DNA of 61,762 bases, counting the filler. It is 6 parts of 6 records of this genome, joined end to end, with 100 filler letters (N's around TTAATTAATTAA, not from the genome) between each part and the next. Parts side by side here need not be neighbours in the genome. Positions count along the whole stretch, not along the records: positions 1 to 13,014 come from SRR20825006_405; 5 more parts are not named here. The stretch is one strand, 5' to 3'. This document shows positions 1-8,724 of this stretch, piece by piece. The notes below the pieces were generated by a model. It ran no database searches. It had not been told where the DNA came from and saw nothing but the letters and a program-made list of their open reading frames with translations. Position 1 is the stretch's first letter. Each line of letters opens with the position of its first letter. The translations under genes were made by a program, and so were the position numbers.

Positions 1-126
1 GCGGGCATGCTCAATGTGCGCGCACCCGGGGCACAGGATTTCAAGACCGGCGAGCGGGTGTTCGTGACGCCGGACGAGGCTGCACTCCACCGCTTCAACG
101 AGGCCGGAATGGCACTTTCGGCTTAG
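1..126 (+). CDS. C-terminal fragment of sugar ABC transporter ATP-binding protein (TOBE-like end)
   Basis: Frame 1 reads AGMLNVRAPGAQDFKTGERVFVTPDEAALHRFNEAGMALSA*, typical of a MalK-family C-terminus ('LHRF'). It lies directly upstream of the kinase gene and is truncated by the window edge. Confidence 0.65.
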   Translation, partial: AGMLNVRAPGAQDFKTGERVFVTPDEAALHRFNEAGMALSA

Positions 127-135
127 GAGAGCAGC

Positions 136-1104
136 ATGAACGGCACCCCACCCGCCACCAACCGCCCGATCTGCGTCATCGGCAATGCCAACCTCGATCT
201 TGTCATCGGCAGTATTGATGACTGGCCGGAATGGGGCACGGAAGTGTTTCTCGAACGCTCCGATTTCCGTATCGGCGGCTCGGCGGCCAACACCGCGCTT
301 GTACTCCAGCGCCTGCACCATCCCGTGGGCCTCATCTCAGCGACCGGCCAGGACAGCGTCGGCGAGATGATCGCGCGGCAGTTTTCCGGCACCCTCGACC
401 GGATCACCACGCGGTCCGAGTCGACCTCGATTTCCGTCGGCGTGCTGCAAAAAGGCGCAGAACGCAGCTTCTTCTCGACCAACGGTCATCTCGACGGGCT
501 CGATGCCGCTTTCTTCACCGACGCGCTCGAGCGCTGGCCGCTCGTGAACGCACTCACACTTGTCTCCGGCGGATTTGCCTTGCCGGGCCTCAAGGCCGAT
601 CATACGGGCTTTCTGGATATGCTGTTGTCGCGCGGTGCGAGCATCGCGATCGATCCCGGTTGGCCCGGCCATGGCTGGACAGAGGCCGCCATCGCCGATG
701 CAAGGGCCTGGATCGGTTGTGCCGACCATATCCTTCTCAATGACAAGGAAATCCTGGGACTGACCGGCGAAGAGACCGTCCACGCCGCCTGCCGCGCGCT
801 TGCTCCAATCATGCGGCCGGATGCTGCACTTGTGGTCAAGCGCGGTCCTGAAGGCGCCGCGTGTTACCGGCATCGCAACTTCATCACCGAACACGCCCGC
901 GCGCTCGACGTAATCGACACGGTGGGGGCCGGCGATGCTTTCAATGCGGGCTATCTCAGCGCCGTTGCCGAAGGCGCTGCCGAACGCACGGCGTTACGGC
1001 GCGGTATTGATGTCGCCTCTACCGTGATCGGCGCGTTTCCCCGACGCGACGACACCATCAACGTTCAACGGAGCACCGAGCCATGCGCAATATCCTCCTC
1101 CTGA
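136..1104 (+). CDS. PfkB/ribokinase-family carbohydrate kinase
   Basis: GGSAANTA N-terminal motif and DTVGAGDAFNAG PfkB signature; AGGAG RBS upstream. Confidence 0.9.
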   Translation: MNGTPPATNRPICVIGNANLDLVIGSIDDWPEWGTEVFLERSDFRIGGSAANTALVLQRLHHPVGLISATGQDSVGEMIARQFSGTLDRITTRSESTSISVGVLQKGAERSFFSTNGHLDGLDAAFFTDALERWPLVNALTLVSGGFALPGLKADHTGFLDMLLSRGASIAIDPGWPGHGWTEAAIADARAWIGCADHILLNDKEILGLTGEETVHAACRALAPIMRPDAALVVKRGPEGAACYRHRNFITEHARALDVIDTVGAGDAFNAGYLSAVAEGAAERTALRRGIDVASTVIGAFPRRDDTINVQRSTEPCAISSS

Positions 1105-2474
1105 TTGCCGACGATCTCGGACGGATGACCGGCTGCTACGGCGAAAAGGCAATCGCGACGCCGCATATCGACCGCCTTGCCGAAACCGGCACGCGCTTCG
1201 ATATGGCGTTCACCTCCACCGCCTCGTGTTCGGCCAGCCGCTCGGTAATCTATACCGGGCTCCAGACCCATGAGACCGGGCAATACGGCCTCAATCACGA
1301 CCATCACCACTTCATGACCTTCGACCATGTGGAGACCGCGCCCGCACTTCTGAACGCGGCCGGCATGAAGACCGGCATCATCGGCAAGATCCATGTCGGC
1401 CGCGATGCGGTCTATCCCTGGCAGGTGCGCGAGGAAAGCTGGGAACGCGATGTTCGCCACGCGGCAAACCGGGCGTCCGCCTTCTTCGAAACCACAAAAG
1501 CGGAGCAGAATCCGTTTTTCCTGACGGTCGGCTTCATCGATCCACACCGCGACGAAACCCGTGGCGGCTTCGGCAACAACCAAAACTATCCCGGCGTCGA
1601 AGACCGTATTTTCTCGCCCGAAGCCGTCAACGTGCCGCCCTTCCTGACCGACCTGCCGCAAGTCCGGCAGGAGTTGGCCGACTACTACCGCTCTATCTAC
1701 CGGCTCGATCAGGGCGTCGGCATGGTTCTCGGTGAACTGGAAAAATCCGGCCTTGCCGATAACACGCTCGTCGTCCTTCTCTCCGACAACGGCTCGCCCT
1801 TCCTCAATTCAAAGACTACGCTTTACGATGCCGGCGTGCATCTGCCGCTGATCATTCGCAAACCCGGCGGACGCCCGGGCGTCGAAAATCCCAATCTGGT
1901 GTCCTTCACCGATATTCTCCCGACCTTTCTCGACTGGGCAGGCCATGCACCGCCGCCCGGCCTACGCAAGGGGCGCTCGCTGCTGCCGATCCTCGAATCC
2001 GAAACGCTTGAGGATGACTGGCAGGCGGTGTTCGGCTCTCACACCTTTCACGAAATCACCAATTACTGGCCGACGCGCTTCATGCGCACCACGCGCTACA
2101 AATATCACCGCAATGTCGCCTGGCAGCTCGATTTTCCGTTCTCCGGCGATCTCTACGGCTCGCTGACATGGGAGGCGATCCGCGACCAAAACCCGGCAAT
2201 GATCGGCCAGCGTTCGGTGCGGGACTATGTCCGCCGCCCGCCGGAAGAGCTCTACGACCTTGAGGCTGACCCGCATGAAGTGGAGAACCTCGCCGGCGAT
2301 CCCGCCCACCGGGAATGCCTGCTCGCCATGCGGGCCGCAACCGAGGCATGGCAACGGGAGACCGATGACCCCTGGCTCTATCGTGATGGTGTGTCGCTGC
2401 GCGCCATCGGGAAACATCTTGAGAATGGTCTTGTTGTGCCCGACCGCTTTGATTTCGATCCGGACGCCCCATAA
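1083..2474 (+). CDS. Sulfatase (N-sulfoglucosamine sulfohydrolase/heparan N-sulfatase-like)
   Basis: NILLLIADDLG start, CSASRS formylglycine motif, GKIHV, DPHR, SDNG, HTFHEITNYWP and EELYDLEADPHE motifs. Confidence 0.9.
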   Translation: MRNILLLIADDLGRMTGCYGEKAIATPHIDRLAETGTRFDMAFTSTASCSASRSVIYTGLQTHETGQYGLNHDHHHFMTFDHVETAPALLNAAGMKTGIIGKIHVGRDAVYPWQVREESWERDVRHAANRASAFFETTKAEQNPFFLTVGFIDPHRDETRGGFGNNQNYPGVEDRIFSPEAVNVPPFLTDLPQVRQELADYYRSIYRLDQGVGMVLGELEKSGLADNTLVVLLSDNGSPFLNSKTTLYDAGVHLPLIIRKPGGRPGVENPNLVSFTDILPTFLDWAGHAPPPGLRKGRSLLPILESETLEDDWQAVFGSHTFHEITNYWPTRFMRTTRYKYHRNVAWQLDFPFSGDLYGSLTWEAIRDQNPAMIGQRSVRDYVRRPPEELYDLEADPHEVENLAGDPAHRECLLAMRAATEAWQRETDDPWLYRDGVSLRAIGKHLENGLVVPDRFDFDPDAP

Positions 2475-2680
2475 AAAGACCTGCCAATGCAATTTTGAAA
2501 CCAGCACGTCGCAATGGAAGGGTTATCTTCAAATCGGCATTGGCGTTCTGACGCTCCTCATGTTTACCGAGATTCCGGCACGTAGGGTGTTCGTGTGGGG
2601 TGGCCGCCATGCGCAGTTCCTGATGAAGTGGGCACCGGTTCAGCGTCTTGAATGTATGCGCGGAAAATCGACGAAAATTT

Positions 2681-3571
2681 TCAGGCCCGCTCATGCCAGG
2701 GATCGGATTCTGCCCGTTTGCCAGCATAGAGCGCGGCTCTTGCCTTCATGAACCCGGCAAGCCGGTCTGCGACGCGCCGCACCTCGCGCCGGTGTCGCTC
2801 GTCATCATGCAGGACGAGCCACTGCCCGTGACGCAGTTCGCTGATAACCGGCCCTGCCCTGACAAGACGCTGGTTGGTGTCGCCAACGAAACAAGGCAGG
2901 ACCGCTACACCGGCGCCCGTTTCGACAAGATCAAGCATTGTCCGGGGCCTGCTGGCCGTCAAGACAATGGCGCTGGCGCGGTGTTGATGCGGCCATCTGA
3001 GATAGTCGGATACCGCCTGCTCGCGAGTAACCGCGATCCAGCGCTCACCGATCGAAGACGGAGCGCTTCTGGCCTTGAACGGTGCGTAGGCGACAGAGCC
3101 CAGCTTGAGCGATGCGAGATTGGTTTCCTCGGGTGCAAACGACCGGATGCCGATGTCGTTTTCCCGATGCGCAAGACTGGCACGAACCTCACCGATAATC
3201 AATTGCAGACGGAACGGATCATCCTCGCGGCGGATTTCGCCGATATGAGCACAGATAAGAAAAGCATTCCAGGAGCCGAGCGCAAGGCGGACCAGCGCCG
3301 GTGCAGCCGTCTCTCCACGCCAGTCGTCGACTACACGGAAATTGCCGTCGGCTTCGCGTAACAGGGTGTGAAGTGCCTCACCTTCCGACGTCGGGTAATA
3401 CCCGCTTTGACTGCGCCGGAAAAGAGACCGTCCCAGCCTGTGCTCCAGCGCGCGCATGTACCGGCCAACAGTCGCCGGGCTGAGTTCATGTTCTGCCGCC
3501 GCGCCACTCAGGCCACCATGACGGATAACAGCAATGAAAAGCTGATAATAGGACCAGGGAATGTTTTTCAT
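2681..3571 (-). CDS. LysR-family transcriptional regulator
   Basis: N-terminal HTH (GGLSGAAAEHELSPATVGRYMRALEHRLGRSLFRRSQSGY), 296 aa, LysR substrate-binding-like C-terminus. Confidence 0.9.
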   Translation of the reverse strand: MKNIPWSYYQLFIAVIRHGGLSGAAAEHELSPATVGRYMRALEHRLGRSLFRRSQSGYYPTSEGEALHTLLREADGNFRVVDDWRGETAAPALVRLALGSWNAFLICAHIGEIRREDDPFRLQLIIGEVRASLAHRENDIGIRSFAPEETNLASLKLGSVAYAPFKARSAPSSIGERWIAVTREQAVSDYLRWPHQHRASAIVLTASRPRTMLDLVETGAGVAVLPCFVGDTNQRLVRAGPVISELRHGQWLVLHDDERHRREVRRVADRLAGFMKARAALYAGKRAESDPWHERA

Positions 3572-3581
3572 TTATGAAAAA
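3564..3581. promoter_or_regulatory. Perfect palindrome TTTTTCAT-TT-ATGAAAAA over the LysR start codon; probable LysR autoregulatory site
   Basis: 8-bp perfect arms containing a T-N11-A pattern, in the divergent promoter region. Confidence 0.55.
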
Positions 3582-3662
3582 TACCCTGCATTCATACTCA
3601 TATCAAACAACATTTTTTGTTGTTAGTGATCGTGGCAAGCCGCATCAGGAAGAGAGATTGCC

Positions 3663-3887
3663 ATGAGAAAGAAAACTGCCCGGCACAGCGGTCTATCAGA
3701 GGCGTGGGACTCGCCGGACCTTCGGTCTCTTTCGGAGGACGAATATTATCGCAGGTTCTCGGAGCCTTTTCTGCCTGCATTGTTGGCATGCAGGCAACGT
3801 CGGAAAAAGCATCATAAACATACCGGCCATGAACAGCCGCCCGATCGAAACCCGTCCGACATATCCATAAAGGGTGAGACCGATTGA
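3663..3887 (+). CDS. Small hypothetical protein divergent from LysR (3' end possibly disrupted by IS remnant)
   Basis: ATG preceded by purine-rich AGGAAGAGAG; divergent from LysR. No recognisable family. Confidence 0.35.
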   Translation: MRKKTARHSGLSEAWDSPDLRSLSEDEYYRRFSEPFLPALLACRQRRKKHHKHTGHEQPPDRNPSDISIKGETD

Positions 3888-4100
3888 CGGCGGAGAAAAA
3901 ACGATGCGAGCATTTTCGGATACTGCTGGACTTTGGTCCCCACGTCAGGCCCCGGGCTGCGGTTGCCGACAAGAGCTATGCCAGTAAAGCCAATCGCAAC
4001 GCAGAACGTTCTCGCGATGCCATTCCGGTGATCCATCATAAAGCCAACGAAAAAGACAAATCCATCGAACGAATTGCCTTGCGCTGTGAGAAAACCAAAG
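3884..4100 (+). pseudogene. Degenerate IS5-family transposase fragment
   Basis: FRILLDFGPHVRPRAAVADKSYASKANR...IPVI...RIALRCEKT resembles IS5 C-terminal motifs (ADKGY, RIALRCEKT) with an internal deletion. No intact N-terminus or IRs seen. Confidence 0.7.
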
Positions 4101-4133
4101 GCCAACCTCAGCACCGCGAGATTCTGAAGCGCA

Positions 4134-5720
4134 TCAATCGGCAAGCGCCAGACCGTCAGCGCGTGGATCGCTGGCGGCTTCCATCAGGCCATTCTCATGC
4201 AGCACCACAGCACCGGCATGACCAGCCGCATCGGAAAAGGCGGACAGCATTTCGACATCATGTCCGGCCGAACCCAAAGCCGTAACAAGCGTCGGATCGA
4301 ACCGGTTTTCCAGCTTCAGCGCCGTTGTTTGCTCACCCCATGTACGCCCCAAAAGCCAACGCGGCGCAGTGATCGCCGCTTGCAGATCCTGTTCAAACTG
4401 CACATAGCGCGAAAACACAACTGCCTGCGTTTGCGGCTGTCCCTCGCCGCCCATGGTGCCATAGGCCATGATGCGTCCGTCATTCAGCCGGGCCATGGCC
4501 GGGTTGAGTGTATGAAACGGTCGCTTGCCGGGCGCCAGCTGATTGGGCCCGGGTTTCAGCGAAAAACCAGCGCCGCGATTCTGGAAGACGATGCCGGTTT
4601 CCGGACAGGTCAGGCCCGAACCAAATTCCCAGTAAACGCTCTGGATGAACGATACAACATTGCCATAGCGATCTGCCGCGCCCATCCAGATGGTATCACC
4701 CTCCGCCGGCAGATATGGCCATGGCAAAGCCTTCTTCATGTCGATTTCTGCAGCCAGCGCATCAAGCCTGTCATGTGAAAGCCAGGCCTGAGCCGGTTCT
4801 GCCATGAAATCGGAGTCCCCCAGTTCAGCATTGCGTTTGATAAAGGCCTGCTTGGTGGCTTCGATCAGGCCGTGAAGGTGGTCAAAGCCCTCGCCCTCAT
4901 TCACATTGAGCCGATCAAAAAGCGCCAGGATCATCAGCGACGCCACGCCCTGCGTTGGCGGCGTCATGTTCATCAACCTGCCATGCGCTGTGTCGACGAA
5001 AAGCGGCTCAACAAAGTGCGCCGCATAATTTTCGAAATCCTGCTGACGTAACGGCGAGCCATTTGCTTCCAAAAAGGCGGCATGTCGGCGCGCCAGCGAG
5101 CCAGTGTAATAGGATGACAGCCCTTCCCGAACCAATGTACGCAGCGTTTCAGCCAGCGGCTTTTGCAAAAGCCTCGCGCCGGGTTTGAGGGATTGCCCGT
5201 CAACCAGAAAGGTCTCCGCAAAGCCCGTTATTTCCTTCAAGTCATCAAGTTTGTCAGCGGTGCACCGGGATTGGTTTCCGGTAACCGCGACACCACTTTC
5301 CGCATAATCGATTGCGGCGGCCAGAAGCTGTTCGAGCGGCAGACGCTTTTCATCAGGCACCAGAGCAAGAGCCTTTTCCCATCCGCCGATGGTTCCCGGC
5401 ACCGTAAGGGCCGCCAGACCGCCGCGCGTGGGCATAGCGTTTTCAAAACCGCGTTCACGATACCACTCCGGCGTCGCAAGGCGGGCGGCCTGTCCGCAGG
5501 CGGAAATACCGGTGACGGTTTGTCGCGGCTGATGCACCAGCCAGAAGCCATCACCGCCGATACCGTTCATATGCGGATAGGTGACTGCAATTGTTGCAGC
5601 GGCGGAGACCATGGCTTCCATCGCCGTGCCTCCGGCTTTAAGGATATCGCGCCCGGCAAGACTGGCGGCGCGGTGCGGCGCGGAAAACGCACCGTTGAAT
5701 CCTGTTGCAGAATGGAGCAT
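4134..5720 (-). CDS. Gamma-glutamyltransferase-family Ntn hydrolase, oxamate amidohydrolase (HpxW)-like
   Basis: YPHMNGIGGDGFWL, GDTIWMGAAD (nucleophile Thr), SFIQSVYWEFGSG, KRPFHTLNP, GTMGGEGQPQ and SDPRADG motifs. Confidence 0.85.
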   Translation of the reverse strand: MLHSATGFNGAFSAPHRAASLAGRDILKAGGTAMEAMVSAAATIAVTYPHMNGIGGDGFWLVHQPRQTVTGISACGQAARLATPEWYRERGFENAMPTRGGLAALTVPGTIGGWEKALALVPDEKRLPLEQLLAAAIDYAESGVAVTGNQSRCTADKLDDLKEITGFAETFLVDGQSLKPGARLLQKPLAETLRTLVREGLSSYYTGSLARRHAAFLEANGSPLRQQDFENYAAHFVEPLFVDTAHGRLMNMTPPTQGVASLMILALFDRLNVNEGEGFDHLHGLIEATKQAFIKRNAELGDSDFMAEPAQAWLSHDRLDALAAEIDMKKALPWPYLPAEGDTIWMGAADRYGNVVSFIQSVYWEFGSGLTCPETGIVFQNRGAGFSLKPGPNQLAPGKRPFHTLNPAMARLNDGRIMAYGTMGGEGQPQTQAVVFSRYVQFEQDLQAAITAPRWLLGRTWGEQTTALKLENRFDPTLVTALGSAGHDVEMLSAFSDAAGHAGAVVLHENGLMEAASDPRADGLALAD

Positions 5721-5734
5721 GGATAGATCCGTTC

Positions 5735-6892
5735 TTAAATGAAGTGTTTTGCAGTCTCAATCAACAGACTGTCACTGCCGGGCGAAGCAACAAGAGAAAG
5801 ACCAACCGGAGAACCTTTGACTGCTGAAAGCGGAAGGGAAATCTGTGGGAGACCACCGTGCCCAGCAATCGCGAGCATGGTAAGCGCACGGCTACGGAAA
5901 TTCTCGACTTCTTCACTACTCGCTGTCAAAAGCGGTGCTGGCCCTGGCGCCGTCGGGTAAACCATGATGGTTCCGGACTGAAGCACTCTGGCCAAATGGG
6001 CGTGAAAAGACGTACGCTTCACCTTCGCATCAGCAAATTCGTCGGCTGAAATGTTCGAAGCCATGGCAAAACGCTCGCGGATACCGGGGCCGAATGCCGG
6101 CTCACGCTTTTCAACCCACGCACCGAATTGCTGCCAGGCCTCATAGCCCTGATGCGTGCGAAAGGTCGGAAGAAGCCCGCGAATATCCTCTCCGGGCAAA
6201 AGCGGACTGTCATTGCGGTCGCCTTTGGGCAATGCCGCTTTCAGCGCAGCGGCCGTTTCTTCTTCGCACAATCTCCAGATATCGGCAGGGTAGACAAAAC
6301 GAGCCTCACCATTGGTCAACTGATCGCCTGCAAAAATCTCGCCCAGCACCTCCAGCGTTTCCAGATCCCGGGTCATGAAACCAGGGACATCATAGCTCGC
6401 CGCCAGTGGCAAAAGTCCATCTGCTGGAATTAGGCCATGTGTGGGCCGCCAACCGAAAAGCCCGCAAAACGAGGATGGCAACCGCACCGAACCACCTGTA
6501 TCAGACCCAAGACCGATATCCGCCAGCTTGGCGGCTACGGCTGAGGCCGAGCCGGATGACGAGCCGCCAGGCACACGCGAAGGGGCAGCCGGGTTTTCAG
6601 GTGTTCCATAGCGATCGTTCACCCCCAGCAGGCTATAGGCGAGTTCATCCATATGTGTTTTGCCGACAAGTGCTGCACCGTGATTGAGAAGCACCTGAAC
6701 GGCATAGGCGTTTTTCGAAGCCGGAACCCGACCATCCGCCCACTCGGGATTTCCACCGCCAGTGACCGCACCTTCGACATCGAAATTGTCTTTGACAGCA
6801 ACGGTCAGCCCTTCCAGTTGTCGGGAAATCGGCTCAGACACACTAACCGGCGGCTGAAAACGGGAAATGAAAGGGCCAATCGGATTTGTCAT
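5735..6892 (-). CDS. Amidase signature family enzyme
   Basis: VAVKDNFD (Lys), PGGSSSGS and GSDTGGSVRLP form the Ser-cisSer-Lys triad motifs. Confidence 0.9.
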   Translation of the reverse strand: MTNPIGPFISRFQPPVSVSEPISRQLEGLTVAVKDNFDVEGAVTGGGNPEWADGRVPASKNAYAVQVLLNHGAALVGKTHMDELAYSLLGVNDRYGTPENPAAPSRVPGGSSSGSASAVAAKLADIGLGSDTGGSVRLPSSFCGLFGWRPTHGLIPADGLLPLAASYDVPGFMTRDLETLEVLGEIFAGDQLTNGEARFVYPADIWRLCEEETAAALKAALPKGDRNDSPLLPGEDIRGLLPTFRTHQGYEAWQQFGAWVEKREPAFGPGIRERFAMASNISADEFADAKVKRTSFHAHLARVLQSGTIMVYPTAPGPAPLLTASSEEVENFRSRALTMLAIAGHGGLPQISLPLSAVKGSPVGLSLVASPGSDSLLIETAKHFI

Positions 6893-7302
6893 AGATTTGA
6901 ACCGTTTGCTTGATGGCGGTGCACGATCGCCCGCTTTTTAAACATCGGAAATATCAATGATGAGACGGGCAAAAAGCAAGCCCTTTTGCCGACCAAGGAA
7001 CGCTGCTGTGTCTGATCCGGCGATCACACGCCTGCAGCGCCGGCTAGACAGGCTTTCACAGACGACGCTGAAATGCACAAGTTTAAGGCAAAACATAAAA
7101 ACATCTATTTCTTAATCACTCATCTTGACCCTGCACGTAAACCCGGTCTAAGTTTGGTTGCAACCGAAGTTTTTTGATCGGTTCAGATGAACGGTTTGTT
7201 AGGGGTGAGCTGAACTCAAGCGGCATAATAAGCCGCTTGTTCAGATTTTATTGCGAACCGGCGTATTTGATTTGAGGGTATGGGAAACCGGGAGGACACG
7301 AC

Positions 7303-8649
7303 ATGAGAAATCTTGCAAAACTGACAGCATCTTTGGTGCTGTCGGCAAGCGCAGCAACGCTTGCTCACGCCGATACACTTCGTTTCTGGACAACGGAAGA
7401 GCAGCCCGAGCGGTTGGCCAAGCAACAGGAAATTGCCGACGCCTTTAAGGAAAAAACCGGCAACGAAGTTCAGGTTATTCCGGTGACAGAATCCGAGCTC
7501 GGCACCCGCGCAACCGCTGCCTTTGCCGCCGGAGACCTTCCCGATGTAATCTATCTGACCGTCCAGTACGTGCTTCCCTGGGCGGAAGCCGGTATTCTCG
7601 ATGCTGAAATCAATGATGAGATCGTCAATGAACTTGGAGCAGGCACATTTGCACCCGGTGCGATTGAAATGGCGCAGTTCGAGGGCATGACCGCTGCCGT
7701 TCCGGTCGATGGCTGGACGCAGATGATCATCTACCGCAAGGATCTGTTCGACGAAAACGGTCTCGCCCCGCCGGATTCCTACGAAAACATCGCCGCAGCC
7801 ATCGAGGCGCTGCATAATCCACCGGAGATGTACGGCTTCGTCGCAGCCACCAAGATCGACGAGAACTTCATGAGCCAGGTGCTGGAGCATGTCTTCCTCG
7901 CAAACGGCGTCACGCCTGTCGACGCAAACGGTTTCAAGCCGCTGGACGAAGCAAAGACCATCGAAGTTCTCGATTTCTACAAGACGCTGGCCGATGCCTC
8001 GCCCGCTGGTGAACTCTACTGGCAGCAGTCGCGCGCGCTTTATTTCGACGGCAAGGCGGCGATGATCATCTGGTCGCCCTTCATCCTTGATGAACTGGCC
8101 GGTCTGCGTGACAGCGCGCCGCCGACAATCAATGACGACCCGACCTCCACGGCGCTGGCACAAATGACCGATGTGGTTACAACTTTCTCAGGTCCGTCCA
8201 ATCCGGACGGTGCAGCCTGGGCCGATATCCGTTATCTCGGCGTCACGGCCGACGCGACCAATCTCGATGTCGCCGCCGATTTCATCAAGTTCTCGATGGA
8301 TGACGGCTACATGAGCACATTGTCGATGGCACCGGAAGGCAAGTTCCCGGTCCGTCGTGGTACAGCGGATGCGCCAAACGCCTTTGTCGACGAATGGGCA
8401 ACCCTGCCGGTCGGCGTCGACCGCAAGGCGCCACTTGCAGACCTTTATCCGGAAGAAACGGTTCAGAAAATCGTCACCGGCCTTGAAACCGCCAACCGCT
8501 GGGGGGTGAAGGAAGGCCAACTCGCGCTTGCCTCGAAGATGATCAACAGCCAGATCATCAACCAGGTTGTGCGCGAGTATATTGACGGCGAAATCTCCGG
8601 TCCGGAAGCCGTGGAAAAGCTGAATTCGGAGTTGTCGGAAATCAACTGA
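7303..8649 (+). CDS. Carbohydrate ABC transporter substrate-binding protein
   Basis: Signal peptide (…ATLAHA), AAGDLPDV and YRKDLF…GL motifs of SBP family 1; GGAGG RBS. Confidence 0.9.
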   Translation: MRNLAKLTASLVLSASAATLAHADTLRFWTTEEQPERLAKQQEIADAFKEKTGNEVQVIPVTESELGTRATAAFAAGDLPDVIYLTVQYVLPWAEAGILDAEINDEIVNELGAGTFAPGAIEMAQFEGMTAAVPVDGWTQMIIYRKDLFDENGLAPPDSYENIAAAIEALHNPPEMYGFVAATKIDENFMSQVLEHVFLANGVTPVDANGFKPLDEAKTIEVLDFYKTLADASPAGELYWQQSRALYFDGKAAMIIWSPFILDELAGLRDSAPPTINDDPTSTALAQMTDVVTTFSGPSNPDGAAWADIRYLGVTADATNLDVAADFIKFSMDDGYMSTLSMAPEGKFPVRRGTADAPNAFVDEWATLPVGVDRKAPLADLYPEETVQKIVTGLETANRWGVKEGQLALASKMINSQIINQVVREYIDGEISGPEAVEKLNSELSEIN

Positions 8650-8724
8650 TTTCTGCTTTCCTGATGCAGCCGGTCACTCCGCAGGCGGTGTGGCCGGCAT
8701 CTTCTTCCGCAAAGGCAGGGTCTC

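Noticed and set aside
2475-2700. Possible remnant of a second LysR C-terminus (LKIFVDF…AHTFK on the minus strand)
   Set aside because: Too short and needs a frameshift; cannot be told from chance without a search.
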